The translations under genes were made by a program, and so were the position numbers. A DNA stretch of 63,959 nucleotides, filler included, from Octopus bimaculoides (lineage: Eukaryota): the NCBI RefSeq assembly GCF_001194135.2. It is 8 parts of 7 records of this genome, joined end to end, with 100 filler letters (N's around TTAATTAATTAA, not from the genome) between each part and the next. Parts side by side here need not be neighbours in the genome. Positions count along the whole stretch, not along the records: positions 1 to 13,939 come from NC_068987.1; positions 14,040 to 16,424 come from NC_068985.1; positions 16,525 to 32,405 come from NC_069003.1; 5 more parts are not named here. The stretch is one strand, 5' to 3'. This document shows positions 11,931 to 25,269 of the stretch, piece after piece (position 1 is the stretch's first letter; each line of letters begins with the position of its first letter). The notes under the pieces were generated by a model. The model saw only the letters and a program-made list of their open reading frames with translations, had not been told where the DNA came from and made no database searches.

Positions 11931-12659
11931 TGTAAACAACAAGAAAGTGAGAAATATTTTTAATGTGATATCAGCTGATAACTTTATAAAGCTGTCCTGA
12001 CGGAGATGGATGAGAACCATCTATAGAGGAGATGGAAGCCTACAACTCTGCTGACAGTACAACAGAGTGGGCAATCAAGGCTAGACAGTCTTAGAAGTAA
12101 GGCAGGCTAGAAGGATAACACAAAGCAAAAATCTTCACTGCCAATAGTGCATTAGCTTAAAAGTGAATTTGTAGTCCACCAACTCCACTCACTTCAAAGA
12201 CAACAAGGGAAGCAATGAATTGGTAGTGGTTGTTGTAATTAATGACCCCAGCCCTCAGCTGTGGCGAAGGAATATTCATTCATTCATATATATATGTCAT
12301 GCTTACTTTAGTGTTAAACTTTGGTTCAAAATTTTTTCACTCCATAGTTTTAGCTTTGCACCATGTATAAGTTGCACCTTAGCTTTTCCAGTTAAAATTA
12401 AGCGTAAAATACAGTGACTTATGAGTAAATACAATATATAACATACATTTTGAAGCCACACACCACATGCAATAGATGGTTCAACATTCTTATGTAATTC
12501 TGTGATGTTGGGGAAACTATCCCCGTTTTTATTTTTATTGTCTAAACATAAAAGCAGGTGCCTAGCTGCCGAAGTGTACTGGGTGCTGTTTATAGCATAC
12601 AGTACACTAAGAGCTTTCCCAAGCCCTTGCACTGTCACTATTTGTCAATTCAAAGAGCG

Positions 12660-12905
12660 ACACCACAGGCCTTGAGGAAGCTCTTTATCTTGTTGATAGC
12701 AAGGAAACCGTTCTAGCAGTGGTGCCATGAAAAATGCACTTAATACACTCTGTAAAGTGATTAGTGTTAGGAAAGGTACCCAACTGCAGAAAGCATGCCA
12801 AAAAAAGAAACATTCAAGCTGGACATGATCCTTTGATCCACTGAATTGTGAAACCATCCTACCCATGACAACACAGAAAGCAGGCATAAAATGATAATAA
12901 TGATA
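12660..12905 (+). mobile_element. SINE family B, diverged copy
   Basis: cagtggtgccatgaaaaatgcac...tagtgttaggaaaggtacccaactgcagaaa...cctacccatgacaacacagaaagcaggcataaaatgataat. Confidence 0.65.
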
Positions 12906-13576
12906 ATCAACATACATATGCATATATATATGTGTGTGTATAAAGCAATACAAACTATTGGTTAGTTATTCTGATTTCTGTTAATCACTGTGAAGTGATT
13001 AAGAAAATTAGCTTGCTTATTCAATGTTCACTTTACATGTTATTACAATATAAAAATTATACTGTGATAACAAAGACATCTATTATTTTTCATACACAAT
13101 TTTAAAATACTTATATCCATTTACCTCTAGTTTAAAAACTATTTTAGCCTGTATATTCTGCTGATTATTATAAATGAATCTATAGTCTGAGGTACAAGAA
13201 GAATGTTCCAGTCAATTAAATCCAACATTTTTGTTTTTGTTTTTGCATTCTAATACATAATGAAGCTTTTTTTTTCCTCCTAATGATAATAAACCATCAA
13301 CTGAGAATAACTTTCATACATATATATGTTAACCGTTTAATATTCACACATATTCAGCCTTTAAACCACTGGGTTACTGCCCTTACATCAATACCTTATA
13401 AAGGCATATTTTAAATTTCCTTCCTTTGTTAATTTTATTCCCGATATCCTAATTAGCCCAAAGACTAACCAACAGTCATTTTTATTTTATTTAGTTTTTT
13501 CAAAATATGGTATAACAATTCCACCATTTATTCACTTATATTTTCCTGCTAGAAAAAAAAAAATTATATATATATA

Positions 13577-13939
13577 GGCACAGGAGTGGCTTTATGGTAA
13601 GTAGCTTGCTTCAACCACATAGTTCTGGGTTCAGTCCCACTGCGTGACACCTTGGGCAAGTGTCTTCTACTATAGCCTTGGGCTGACCAAAGTCTTGTGA
13701 GTGGATTTGGTAGACAGAAACTGAAAGAAGCCCGTCGTATATGTGTGTGTGTGTGTGTGTGTGTGTCTGTCTGTGTCTGTCCCCCCAACATCGCTCGACA
13801 ACCGATGGTGGTGTGTTTACGTCCCCGTAACTTAGCGGTTTGGCAAAACGACCGATAGAATAAGTACTAGGCTTCCAAAGAATAAGTCCTGGGGTCGATT
13901 TGCTTGACTAAAGGTGGTGCTCCAGTATGGCCACAGTCA
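13577..13939 (+). mobile_element. tRNA-derived SINE family A
   Basis: Head ggcacaggagtggctttatggtaagtagcttgc, B-box gggttcagtccc, internal (TG)n, tail ggtgctccagtatggccacagtca. Confidence 0.9.
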
Positions 13940-14039
13940 NNNNNNNNNNNNNNNNNNNNNNNNNNNNNNNNNNNNNNNNNNNNTTAATTAATTAANNNNN
14001 NNNNNNNNNNNNNNNNNNNNNNNNNNNNNNNNNNNNNNN
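13940..14039. other. Assembly gap with artificial TTAATTAATTAA six-frame stop linker (also 16469, 32450, 37237, 47505, 60056, 62297)
   Basis: 44 N + TTAATTAATTAA + 44 N = 100 nt here. The same linker sits inside N-runs at seven places. Confidence 0.95.
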
Positions 14040-14074
<35 letters not shown>

Positions 14075-14786
14075 ATGGATATGTTTGTGTATGTGTGCGT
14101 GTGTGTGTGTTTATTTATATGTATATTTATAATTGAGTGATAGATTTTATATATAGAAGAAAATAGATGTAACACAAGACGCATGTATACATAGCATGAA
14201 AGAGGGGAACGGATAAGACAAGAACAGAGTACAAATTAAAACAAACAGGTAAGAAATACAACTTTTAAATAGGGAACATAACTGCAAAACGTTAGGATGA
14301 TGAAGTTAATGAGACGTGGTGTCGGTGTTGGCAGAGCAGTTGTGCTGGTCAACAAGAAAGCAAAGCCAAGATGAGAGGCATGTAAAGCAGATGTAGGTAG
14401 GCTAGCAGGCAGGTAAGCTGGTAGGTAGGCAAGCAGGCAGGCTGGCGACCAAGCAGGCCCACAGGAATTTAATGATATCCTTTAAACACGGGCAGGTAGA
14501 CTGGATGACATGACATAAGTAGAGTTGTGAAGGAAAGAGTAAAACTGTCGTAGCGATATAAGAAACGTGTTGACGTCTCAAGAGCTGAAAGGCAAGAAAC
14601 AATACCTAGTCATAATAATATGAATATTAATAATTTCATTTAATTGGCACAAGGGTGAAGGTTGAGGGGGACCATACTAAGACTGACATAAAGTGTTGGG
14701 GTTTACTTATAATGAGATGATTAAAATAAAAGTAAGTACATAGGGGATACACTGAAAAAGAAAAGACATATTCATAGCATACAAGG

Positions 14787-14792
14787 TTAAAG

Positions 14793-14862
<70 letters not shown>

Positions 14863-14905
14863 TAATAATAATAACTACAACAATAACAATAATAATAATT
14901 ATGAT
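14787..14905. repeat. (AAT)n microsatellite
   Basis: Direct sequence. Similar arrays at 15152-15218, 18468-18565 and 19121-19198. Confidence 0.97.
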
Positions 14906-14964
14906 GATTTCATCTATTTACCATAAGTGCGAAGGAAGAAGGAGACAATAATAAGGATTTCAAA

Positions 14965-15150
14965 TTTTTCCGTAAGAGCAGGTTGGGGGAGGGTGTTAAG
15001 TCGATTTCATCGACCCCAGTGCGTAACTGGTACTTATCTAATCAACCCCGAAAGGATGTAAGGCAAAGGCGACCTCGGCGGAATTTCGACTCACAACGTA
15101 GCGGCAGACGAAATTTCGCTCGGCATGTTAACGTTTCTGCCAGCGCGCCC
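14965..15150 (-). mobile_element. SINE family C (central motif gcctttcatcctttcggggtcgat)
   Basis: Reverse complement of ggcgagctggcagaaacgttaaca...ttccgccgaggtcgcctttgcc...tcggggt. Many copies in the window. Confidence 0.8.
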
Positions 15151-15217
<67 letters not shown>

Positions 15218-15221
15218 TGCA

Positions 15222-15365
15222 ATACCAGGCAGAGGCTCTCATGGCTTCTGATCTTAACTGATTGGCAGTGTTATCATGTATATTGTTTTGTCTTGGTATA
15301 AAAGATGGGCTACAACAAATATTCAGCTCAATACCACAGATTTGCTTGTCAGTTGCTGGACCTAA
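15222..15365. repeat. Truncated copy of the ~550-bp (AAT)n-associated repeat
   Basis: High similarity to 18580-18720; begins right after an (AAT)n array. Confidence 0.8.
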
Positions 15366-15712
15366 GTTCTAAACCCCTATCTGTGTGTCTTTATGGATGT
15401 ATGCATATATGGCTGGGATAATGACGGTACGAATATAAGCCGACGTAAGTAATAAAACGGAAGACGAGCGTAAAAAGTGTGTATGTATATTTGATGTGAG
15501 GAAAATTTTTTAAAAAATGAGTAATGACAAACATAAGGGAAGAGAGACGATGAAAGAGAAATGAGGATAGAGGGAATGTAAACAGGTACAAGTAACAGCT
15601 CAACAGCAAGCGGCATAAAGATAAACGCTAGACTATTAATATACAGAAATGAAGCGTGGTAGTACCCAGGCAATTGTAATTATGTGACATTTATAAATTG
15701 GAAAGAGTAGTT

Positions 15713-16080
15713 CAGTGTTTCTCAATCACTTTAGCCTAGGGACCCCTTTAATTCCTATTTTTACTTAACCGGACCCGTTCGATATTTTAAAAGAATCCCA
15801 ATCTTCTTTTAAATTTAAATATTATTAGGAATGCTGTAAAAAGACTGTTGGAATTTATGAATTTGCGTTGCAAGTTTCCTGATAGGAAATCGTGTGTTGA
15901 AACAGACATTGTTGTATTTCAGGATGGTCGTTTTTATATTTATTATTATTATTATTATTGTCAAATAAACACATGCACCACATATTCGATCTTCACTCGT
16001 TTATTATTGTTCCTATTCTAACTCATGTCCATTGTCCAGAAATATTTGGTCACACATCTGTGACCTCTTAGGCGAACCTT
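15713..16080. mobile_element. hAT (Charlie-like) MITE, right end degraded
   Basis: Starts CAGTGTTTCTCAATC, which resembles hAT TIRs of the CAGTG(G/T)TTCTCAA type. No intact right TIR was found. Confidence 0.5.
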
Positions 16081-16236
16081 TACGTCCTCGCGTGTGCTCT
16101 TGCTCCGCTTAGTCCATTCTTACTGTTAGAATATTTTGTATAAATAGATAGACAAATAAATAGATAGATAGATAGATAGAGGGGTTGGATGAAATAATGG
16201 AAACACCTTAAAATTTCAGACAAATTAATTTTAATA

Positions 16237-16404
16237 GGCGCAGGAGTGGCTGTGTGGTCAGTGGCTTGCTTACCAACCACATGGTTCCGGGTTCGTTTCC
16301 ACTGCGTGGCACCTTGGGCAAGTGTCTTCTGCTATAGCCTCGGGCCGACCAAGGCCTTGTAGGTGGATTTGGTAGACGGAAACTGAAAGAATCCCGTCGT
16401 ATAT
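16237..16404 (+). mobile_element. tRNA-derived SINE family A, 5' half (runs into a gap)
   Basis: ggcgcaggagtggctgtgtggtcag...ggttccgggttcgtttcc. Confidence 0.9.
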
Positions 16405-16562
16405 ATATATATATATATATATATNNNNNNNNNNNNNNNNNNNNNNNNNNNNNNNNNNNNNNNNNNNNTTAATTAATTAANNNNNNNNNNNNNNNNNNNN
16501 NNNNNNNNNNNNNNNNNNNNNNNNATTGTAAATCCCAAAAATAACAACAAAAACACAAAGGA

Positions 16563-16635
16563 TTCTGCGATACACGTGTTTCAAGCTTTATATCAGTGTA
16601 TAATTGACAATACAAAGCTATCTTCAGCCGCAAAA
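16563..16635 (-). ncRNA. Candidate minimal type I hammerhead ribozyme (GUA cleavage site)
   Basis: Minus strand TTTTGCGG CTGAAGA TAGCTTT..AAAGCTT GAAA C ACGT GT A TCGCAGAA. It has an 8-bp stem I, an intact CUGAnGA/GAAA core, a stem II of at least 6 bp, and a perfectly palindromic stem III (ACACGUGU). The 10.1-11.1 pair is U.U rather than R-Y. Confidence 0.65.
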
Positions 16636-16919
16636 GTATCTCTTCCAGCCGGAATTGGTAAAATATATACATTAAAGCCAGTATAGTTCTAAACGATTTT
16701 GAGAGGAAGATATGTTTATTTGTAGGAAATAAAGAACTTATCCTTTCCATTCCCACGTGACACTTCTATATTTTACACTGTCTACCTTCTAGTCATCATC
16801 CATATTACACCTGTATTGTGTGCTTTAGTTTGTCATTGATGTTGTTTTTGTCATTATTGTTGCTTTAGTAATTTTCGTTGACTTATTCCTGGTTGTTGTA
16901 ATTGTTATTACACCGTCGA

Positions 16920-17112
16920 AAATCGACGAGCTAGTAGCATCGTTTACATGTAGGACAAAATGCTCAGCAGCCTGTCTTCCGATTCAAAATTCCGCCAAGG
17001 TTGACTTAGCCTTTCATCCTTTTCGGGTTCTACGAAATGAGTACCAATTGATTACTGGGATCGATGTAATCCAAAAGACCGCTCCCTCAAAATTGTCGGG
17101 CTTGTGACAAAA
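16920..17112 (+). mobile_element. SINE family C, diverged (second diverged copy at ~17322-17545)
   Basis: aattccgccaaggttgacttagcctttcatccttttcggg. Confidence 0.7.
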
Positions 17113-18317
17113 TAACAAACGTTTGTTGTTCTTTGTGGTGTCAGATTATTTTTTTCCTGTCCAGGGTTTGATATGAACGACAGGATTTGATATTAGTAAC
17201 AGCTCACCCTAAAATCTACACATTTATCATTGATATTAATTGTAGTGTAGTAGAGATAAAACAACTGCCAATACCTGTTATCCTAAAATTATTGGCTTTT
17301 ATAAAAATCTGAAGACAAATAGGCGGTGAGCTAGCAGAATATTTCACACGTCAGACAAAAAACCGGGCGGTATTCCTTCGAACTTTACGTTCTGAGTTCA
17401 AATTCAAAGGAGATAGAAAAGGCTTTACATCATTTCAAGGTCCATCAAGAAGTAACAGCTGAACACTGGATCCATGTAATTGATCAGCCCCCTCGAGTAG
17501 CCGTTGACCCATTATTCCAGGCCTTGTTCCTATAGTAGAAAAAGAAAAATGTGTACATCGAGATTTTGTTACTGTTGTTGTTGTCTGTTTCTGTTGATGT
17601 CTTTGATAGTGCTGTTGTTGTTGATGATGTTTAATCTAAAAAACATGATCAAATATGTCCCAGCCGTAACAATCAGACTATTTACACATGGCTACATTTT
17701 TTATATCATTTTTAAGCGATTCGGATGTGATATAAGAAACAGAGTGAGAGTAATATCAAGCTGCTCTCTCTAGCTAATCAATCCATCCCCTGACGGTTGT
17801 CTCGTTGGGTCGTTTGACATTATTTGTCAGAGCCAGAGCACTTCTTTCCTGTATTGGGTTTAACGATTTATACTTTCAGGTTTGCCTAAAATATACAAAT
17901 TGGGGTATAAAATTCTGAATTTCTTCCTTTTTTTTGACGTATATCACTGTCTCACAGCCATTTTATTTACATTCTCCAATTTCGTTTTCTTTTTAAGATT
18001 TGGTTTTGTTTCTTCGTAAGATATATTTTTCATGTCTGTAGACGTGGGGCGTGGCTGGGGTGTCTAATAATGTGGCAGAAGCGACATTGGGAAATATAAA
18101 AATTAAAACTTATCACAAATATATAAATTAAATTGTAAGAGATAAATCCCAAGGTAGTGCGATATACGTTTCGACTTTTCTATTTGGCAAAATAATTAAA
18201 AGCAAAAAAATAAAAAACAAAAAAGACACAAAAATAATCGAATAAACTGTATCTAATCCAATTTGCTTCGAAGACTGAAAAAATGTATTTTCACCGTGTC
18301 AACAACAATAATAATGG

Positions 18318-18465
18318 TTTCAAATTACATCAACCTCAGTAGTACCGAGAAAAGACGAAAGGCAAAAGTGACCTCGGTGGAATTTGAAGTCAGAACGTAG
18401 AGATGTATGGAATACCGCTAAGCAATTCGCCCAGGGTGCTAACGATTCTGCCAGCTCGCCGCCTT
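18318..18465 (-). mobile_element. SINE family C, 5' part
   Basis: Reverse complement of aaggcggcgagctggcagaatcgttagcaccctgggcgaattgcttagcggtatt. Confidence 0.8.
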
Positions 18466-19120
<655 letters not shown>

Positions 19121-19121
19121 C

Positions 19122-19182
<61 letters not shown>

Positions 19183-19204
19183 GTAATAATAATGATAATT
19201 TGTC

Positions 19205-19725
19205 TCTTCAAAATGGAGCATGTTAGCACAGAAAGAATACAAGAAAAGACATGACTATCTGGGGAGACCAATCCAGTGGGAATTATGCAAAAAGCTAGGA
19301 TTTGAACACACTGATAAATGGTATGAACATGAACCTAGTAAAATACTAGAAAGTAAGAAATATAAGATGCTGTAGGACTTTAACTGACTGAGTAATAGAA
19401 GCTAGACGGTCTGATTTGGTAGTAGTAGAGAAAGAGAATAGAAAGTGCCTGATACTTCATTTTACAGTCCCAAGTTAAGATAAAATTAATGTGAGAGGTA
19501 TAAAAAAAACAGCAACATACCAGTACCTATTCATTGAATTACAGAGTCCATGGAAAGTGCAGATAAAATGTATCTTGTTAGTTATAGGTGCATTGGGAAC
19601 TACCCTAAAGATTTGAACAGATGGATTGAGGAAATAGGCATGAAACGCAGTTTGGCACAGCTTTAGAAAGCGGCGTTATTAGGGACAGCAAAGGATACTT
19701 AGGAAGGTTCTTGGCATTTAAAGTT
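19205..19725 (+). mobile_element. R4/Dong-like (RLE-endonuclease) non-LTR retrotransposon, 3' fragment
   Basis: LAQKEYKKRHDYL..W.LCKK..DKWYEHEP, EARRSDLVVVEKE, VIGALG and KAALLGTA..LRKVL. These are RHD and PD-(D/E)xK region motifs, with stops and frameshifts. Confidence 0.85.
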
Positions 19726-19974
19726 ACTTGGAGCCAGATGTTAGGATTCTTCTCTTTTTCAAAAGACTAATCTGCTCAGTGTATAAGAAAATAATAATCA
19801 TAATAATCATAATGATGATGATGATGATGATGATGACGATGAAGAGGATGATGATGATGATGTTTGCTTTATTCATCACTGAAGGTTTTAAAAAATCATT
19901 GGAGACTGAACAGGAAAATACATTGTATGGTTACATGAATTGAAGCATGTAGATAGTAGAAAAAAGCCATAACA

Positions 19975-22900
19975 ATATAAATTTTAACAAGCAACTCCCC
20001 AACAGAAATCGCCTTGCTAGGGCTGCATGTAAAGACCATACAAAACCACGGTCGTCTTGACCACCGGGGCAAGTGACTTCTTCATATTGTCTTCCTCCAA
20101 TCGAACCATTCTTGCCACATTCATCCACCTGTCAATAAAACTACTAGGAGGCAGCATTTCCCTCTCTATCCACACTTTCCTTTTATAGTGCAACTTAGAA
20201 AAGTTAATGAGGGCTTGGCCAGACAAGAGAGTATCTGTCTTCAGCCCTTTCACTCAGCTCCACCATACAACCACTTTCGCTAACGTCATCAAACAAATAA
20301 GCACTGGTTGCCGAAGGAAGGTGGCCGGACGATCTTCACGATGGACTCAACTGAGAGCCGGATCCGTCCTACCTGTGACAGCAGGTGTTCGACATAAACC
20401 TGCCCGCGTGGTAGACGAAGGCGTGTAGAGAAGATGCGTCGCTCTGAGGAAGCCTGACTGACAGCACTTCGATACCTGTAGAGTTTATTCCGAACCGACA
20501 ATGCACCCCGGTACCACTGCCAGGCCATGGAAATTATCCATGTGCCCCGGCCAGAAAATCCTCCCGAACGAACCAGTCAGTTGATTCTCATCGGCTCCTT
20601 CAGTTTCCCCGAGAACGTCGTCGGATTTGCCTTCCACTAACCCTCTAGAGAACGCCCAACTGACAGAGGTCTGTCAGAACCTAACGGCATTCGAGGTACC
20701 GGGCGCCATGACTCGGTATACGCTTGATCCAGGACTGCAGCTCAGACAAAGAGACGAGCTATGGAATAGCGTGTCTGACAAGCGATGACTATAGCTGCTT
20801 ACCGCCAAGGAAGCGCTGCAGATGTCGTAGCGTCAGTGCATATCTGCGTCGTTTGCATATTTCGACACGGTTGGTGCGGAATGCTTCTCAATTTCTGCAA
20901 TCTTACTCTAATAACTCTTTTCAGGATAAGCCACCATTTGTTGTTGACGATTGGCCTCATCAAGGACCGCTTAATTTGCTAATCCAGTCTCAGTAAGCTT
21001 GACACGCCAGGTGTTACGTGTTCAGGTTCCAATTGCTGCATCCTGTCTACAATGACTATATAGGTCGACCGTGCAGATCACAAATTTGTAATTTGTATAG
21101 CCAACGATTTTGAAAAGTGGACAACTTATGTATCCTTATCTACTGGCCTACAGACTACTCTATCAAAGTACGATCTAAATGATCTTTGTAGTTCGTCCAT
21201 GTCCACACTGGCACATTCAGGAAATCCAGTCTTTGCATGTTAGAGTTGAAAATGCGTTCAAGATGGTGCTCCAGTCAACCATTGGCAAGTCGAGACATTC
21301 TCAGGAAAACTTCCAGACGTCCGGCTGTCCGACCCCTATCGGGGCATAGACCGGCACCAGTCTGCAAGCACTTCGGTTGCTACTGTTCCTATCCAGGACC
21401 ACTGGCTTACCTTATGTTCCCGAAAGACAGTTCTTATCTTGAAATCAACACCTTTACGGAACAACGCTGCAGTTTCGTCCCAGTGCTCGGTTGGCATGGA
21501 GATAAGTAAATCTCGCATTCACCGAAAATGGGCATGAAAGCTTGTCAGTCGGACAGTCTAGTCTCACTGATAGCGACTACATCTAAATTTCGTGACCTGA
21601 AGTTATTGAGTGCGCACCCCTGTTTCCAAGGTAACCCCAGATCACGTACATTTATACTGCCTACTCTGAACAAGGTCATGCTTGTCAGAGACAAGGAGAC
21701 TAAATATAATCACCCTATTTCTGTGGAGAGACAGACGTTCTGTCTTTCTGTTTGTATGTCGGTGTCTCTGCAAGCATTTCTTTGTAGAGCCTTTTGTTTG
21801 TAGCCCCACGGAAATACCCCATTCGTTTGGGACATTATGCTTTCAGTTTGTTGTAAGCTTGTTCCATTTTTATAATTTTTATTTTAACAGTGGTGCTATG
21901 CAGGAATGCGATCTATACATTTAGAGTAAGGTCTCTGTATTTCTGAATATGGTTTATTAAGTTCTTGCTGCTTGTGAGTACAGCCGTGTAATTAACGATG
22001 CTTTGAAGGTGTTATTCATGTAGTTGGTCTGTATTACAATGAGTTTTCTTTTGTTGAGGTGTTTATAATGTCAGTGGTGTTTGTAGTTCTGGCAATACTT
22101 CTGATTGTGTACGAGTAGGGTGTGTGGGTATTTCATGTTTTGTTGGATTCTGTTTCTCCCACTCTAATCTCTTTGGTATTAGTCTTGTAATGTGCTTTTC
22201 ATTTTATAATGCTTTATTTTTTTTATATAATGCTTTATTTTTCATTTTCCCTTTCACCAGGATCCATTCTAGTAGATCTTTTCTATACAGTCTTCCTCGC
22301 CAGACGAGTTTTCACAGGCGGATAAATCTATGCAGCGGGGAGAGACATGTCTGCACAGTTGCACTTTTCTAAGCTGGTGGTCTGGTAGATGAATGTGCGT
22401 GAGGCTTCTTTCGGTTGTGATGGTGCAGGTGATGTCATTGTTTTCCTCGGGAGTGGTACAGGCGCTTGCTACTAACATTGTTGAACAAATCCCTCCTGCT
22501 GCTCCTTCTGTTGATGCTGTTGTCTTTGATGCTGCTGCACTTGGCACTGATACTGCTAGGGTTGCTAGTCGTGCTGCTGCTGTTGCTTTTGATACTGATG
22601 ATGGTGTGTTAGAGATGTCAGCAGCAGCAGGTTTTTTTCCTTTTATTTTTGGCATGGGGAAAAAAGCCTTTAAATGTTTTATCTCTCCACAATGGTGGCA
22701 TCTCGTCTTTCTGCCTTCGACTGTTACCTTCTTATTACAAATGATAGTGTACCATTAGAGATATTGATCAGGCCAGGCTTCCATATACTGTTCAGATCAG
22801 TCTGTATCAATAATTCCATTTCCGTACTTGGAGAATTATTGTTTCATTGTCTATAATACGGCTGCCACCAGCAAAGAGATGGTGGTGGTGGTGGTGTGGT

Positions 22901-23300
22901 GGTGGTTGTGGTGGTGGTTGTGGTGGTGGTGGTGGTAGTGGTGGTGGTGGTGTTGGTGGTGTTGGTGGTGGTAGTGGTGGTATTTCGGCGTGGTGGAGGC
23001 CGTGCTTGAGTCAATGTTTAAAATCATCCTGCTCGTCACTGCTCCTACTGCTTTTGTTGTTGCTGTTGTTATTGCCTCTGATTTGTCTTTCGATTATACC
23101 AATTAATATTGGGAAAATAATGTCAGAATGGCTGTTCCAACAACCATCACTTTCCTCGATTTTGGAAGCCATATTGTTATTTTTGTTTTGAAATATTAGG
23201 CTTTAAACTTTAAATCTCAAAATTCGTGAACTTTTCGCCAAGCAGCTCGCTGTAAGCAATGTGAACTGGCTTATTTACGAAACAGTTCAACAAAAACTCA
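19975..23300 (-). mobile_element. L1/Tx1-clade LINE with ORF1, APE endonuclease and 3' end, but the RT domain deleted
   Basis: ORF1 remnant with zinc knuckle VTVEGRKTRCHHCGEIKHLKAFF (~22670-22740). ORF2 start MTLFRVGSINVRDLG..LDVVAISETRL (ATG 21679), then VYAP. C-terminal LINFSKLHYKRKVWIEREML..RWMNVARMV. Confidence 0.85.
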
Positions 23301-23379
23301 AATTATAAATAATAAAACTACAGATTTCAAAGAAAACTTATGGACCACGGACAAGCATACTCTCTTTCAAATTAGAAAT

Positions 23380-23397
23380 GATAATGATGACGATGAA

Positions 23398-23451
<54 letters not shown>

Positions 23452-23472
23452 ATTATTATTATTATTATTATT

Positions 23473-23528
<56 letters not shown>
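23380..23528. repeat. Compound (GAT)n-(ATT)n-(AAT)n microsatellite
   Basis: Direct sequence. Confidence 0.97.
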
Positions 23529-23529
<1 letters not shown>

Positions 23530-23960
23530 GAAAGCAAATGTAGAATCTGTAGGAAAAGCTGGTGAAAGAATCAATCATCTCTTGAGTGAATGCATCAAAC
23601 AAAAAAAATGTATAAACGCAGACATGACTGCACTTGAAAGCTAGCAGAGTGCGTGTTTTCGAAATAACACGAATGTGGTATGAATACGAACCAGAAACAG
23701 TGACAGAGAATAAGAATTACAGGATCTTATGGGAATTGGGTATAAAGGGTGATTATACTGTTGAAGCAAGCTGGACAGATATGATTATAGAGGAGAAAGT
23801 ACATAAACAATTTCAAATCATGGACTTTGTAATTCTCTAAGATAACAGGGTCGATACGAAAATAATTGAAATAACTGAAAAATGTCAGGATCTATCCAGG
23901 GAGCTGAAAATATTGCGTGAGACTAATTTTTCCTGTGATAATTGATGCACTTGGCAAAAC
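23529..23960 (+). mobile_element. R4/Dong-like non-LTR retrotransposon fragment (CCHC knuckle + RLE)
   Basis: ESKCRIC..GERINHLLSEC..RRHD, WYEYEPETVTENKNYRILWE; begins directly after (AAT)n. Confidence 0.8.
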
Positions 23961-23961
23961 A

Positions 23962-25120
23962 TGCAACCCCATTATTCAACAGCTAATGAATTGATCGACC
24001 TCGAAGGATGAAACACGCACTCACCTTCGGTGAAGTTTGAACACGGAACGTAAAGCCAGATGTAATGCTCAAAACATTTGGTCAAAGGAGCTAATGATTC
24101 TGCCAGCTCACAACCTAGCAACAACAACAACGATGATCATAATGATAATAGTAGTTTCTTTTATTAGCCAAATAGATGAGGGGTACAGAGCAAAGATAAT
24201 CAACAATTTGTTTGGGATTTACCTAATAGACGAGGTAAAAGAAATAGAAAAAGACGGTGAAATGCGATAAACCAATATATATATTGAAGTATACAAAAAA
24301 TGTGATTTCATGAATGGTGCAATCCTCTTGATACAGGAAAATCACTAGTTTGGCTAATCAGGAAATCCCACTGATCCAGAATGAACCTGACCACAAAAGG
24401 CACGAGCCCTCGCCCTGCTGTTGTTGCCTAATCTAGAAACGCATACTTAGGGAGTATTTCCATTCACCTTAACGGTTATTGCGAGTTTCCAACTTTTTCC
24501 CAAATTCACAGTGAGGTCGATCTTTCCTATCCACCTCCATTTTCCTTTCCAGCTGAAACTTAAATGATGGCTAGCAGCAGCTGTTGAAGCAGCAGTAATA
24601 GTAATAGTAGTCATATTGAAATAGAGCAATTTAAAATTAAAGGAATTAAAGTGTACTGCCCTTGTATAAATAACGGCGTGTAATGTAGTAGCCTGTGTAC
24701 AATACTTTTCTACTCTAGGCCCAAGGCCCGAAATTCTTTTGGGAGGAGGGCCAGTCGATTAGATGGACCCCAGTATGCAACTGGTACTTAATTTATCGGT
24801 CCCAAATGTTTGAAAGGCAAAGTCGACCTCGGCGGAATTTTAACTCAGAACGTAAAGTGAGACGAAAGCATTTCGCCCGGCGTGCTAACGTTTCTTATTT
24901 TTTATTGCCCACAAGGGACTACACACAGAGGGGACAAACAAGGACAGACAAACGGATTAAGTCGATTATATCGACCACAGTGCGTAACAAGTACATATTT
25001 AATCGACCCCGAAAGGATGAAAGGCAAAGTCAACTTCGGCGGAATTTGAACTCAGAACGTAGCGGCAGACGAAATACCGCTAAGCATTTTGCCTAACGTT
25101 TCCGCCAGCTCGCCGCTTTA
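23962..25120 (-). mobile_element. Cluster of three SINE family C copies (~23962-24115, ~24700-24895, ~24930-25120)
   Basis: Each matches the reverse complement of the family C consensus. Confidence 0.75.
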
Positions 25121-25210
25121 CCACGTGTACAGTACTGTATATATTTATGCAGAACTAATTCTCTCGATATCACTATCTCATTATCCTGGGATCTCTCCTG
25201 TCTACATCGT

Positions 25211-25269
<59 letters not shown>

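Noticed and set aside
13577-13660. tRNA-like A/B boxes here and at 16237, 54045 and 59699
   Set aside because: These are SINE heads that continue into repeat bodies; there is no complete cloverleaf.
13984-13995. TTAATTAATTAA motif repeated seven times inside N-runs
   Set aside because: Artificial six-frame stop linker inserted by the assembly pipeline; not biological.
18040-18062. GC-box ggggcgtggc as a promoter
   Set aside because: A single short motif with no linked exon; it could occur by chance.
22847-23191. Plus-strand Gly/Cys-rich 114-aa ORF
   Set aside because: Antisense reading of a (GGT)n expansion inside the Tx1-like ORF1 region.
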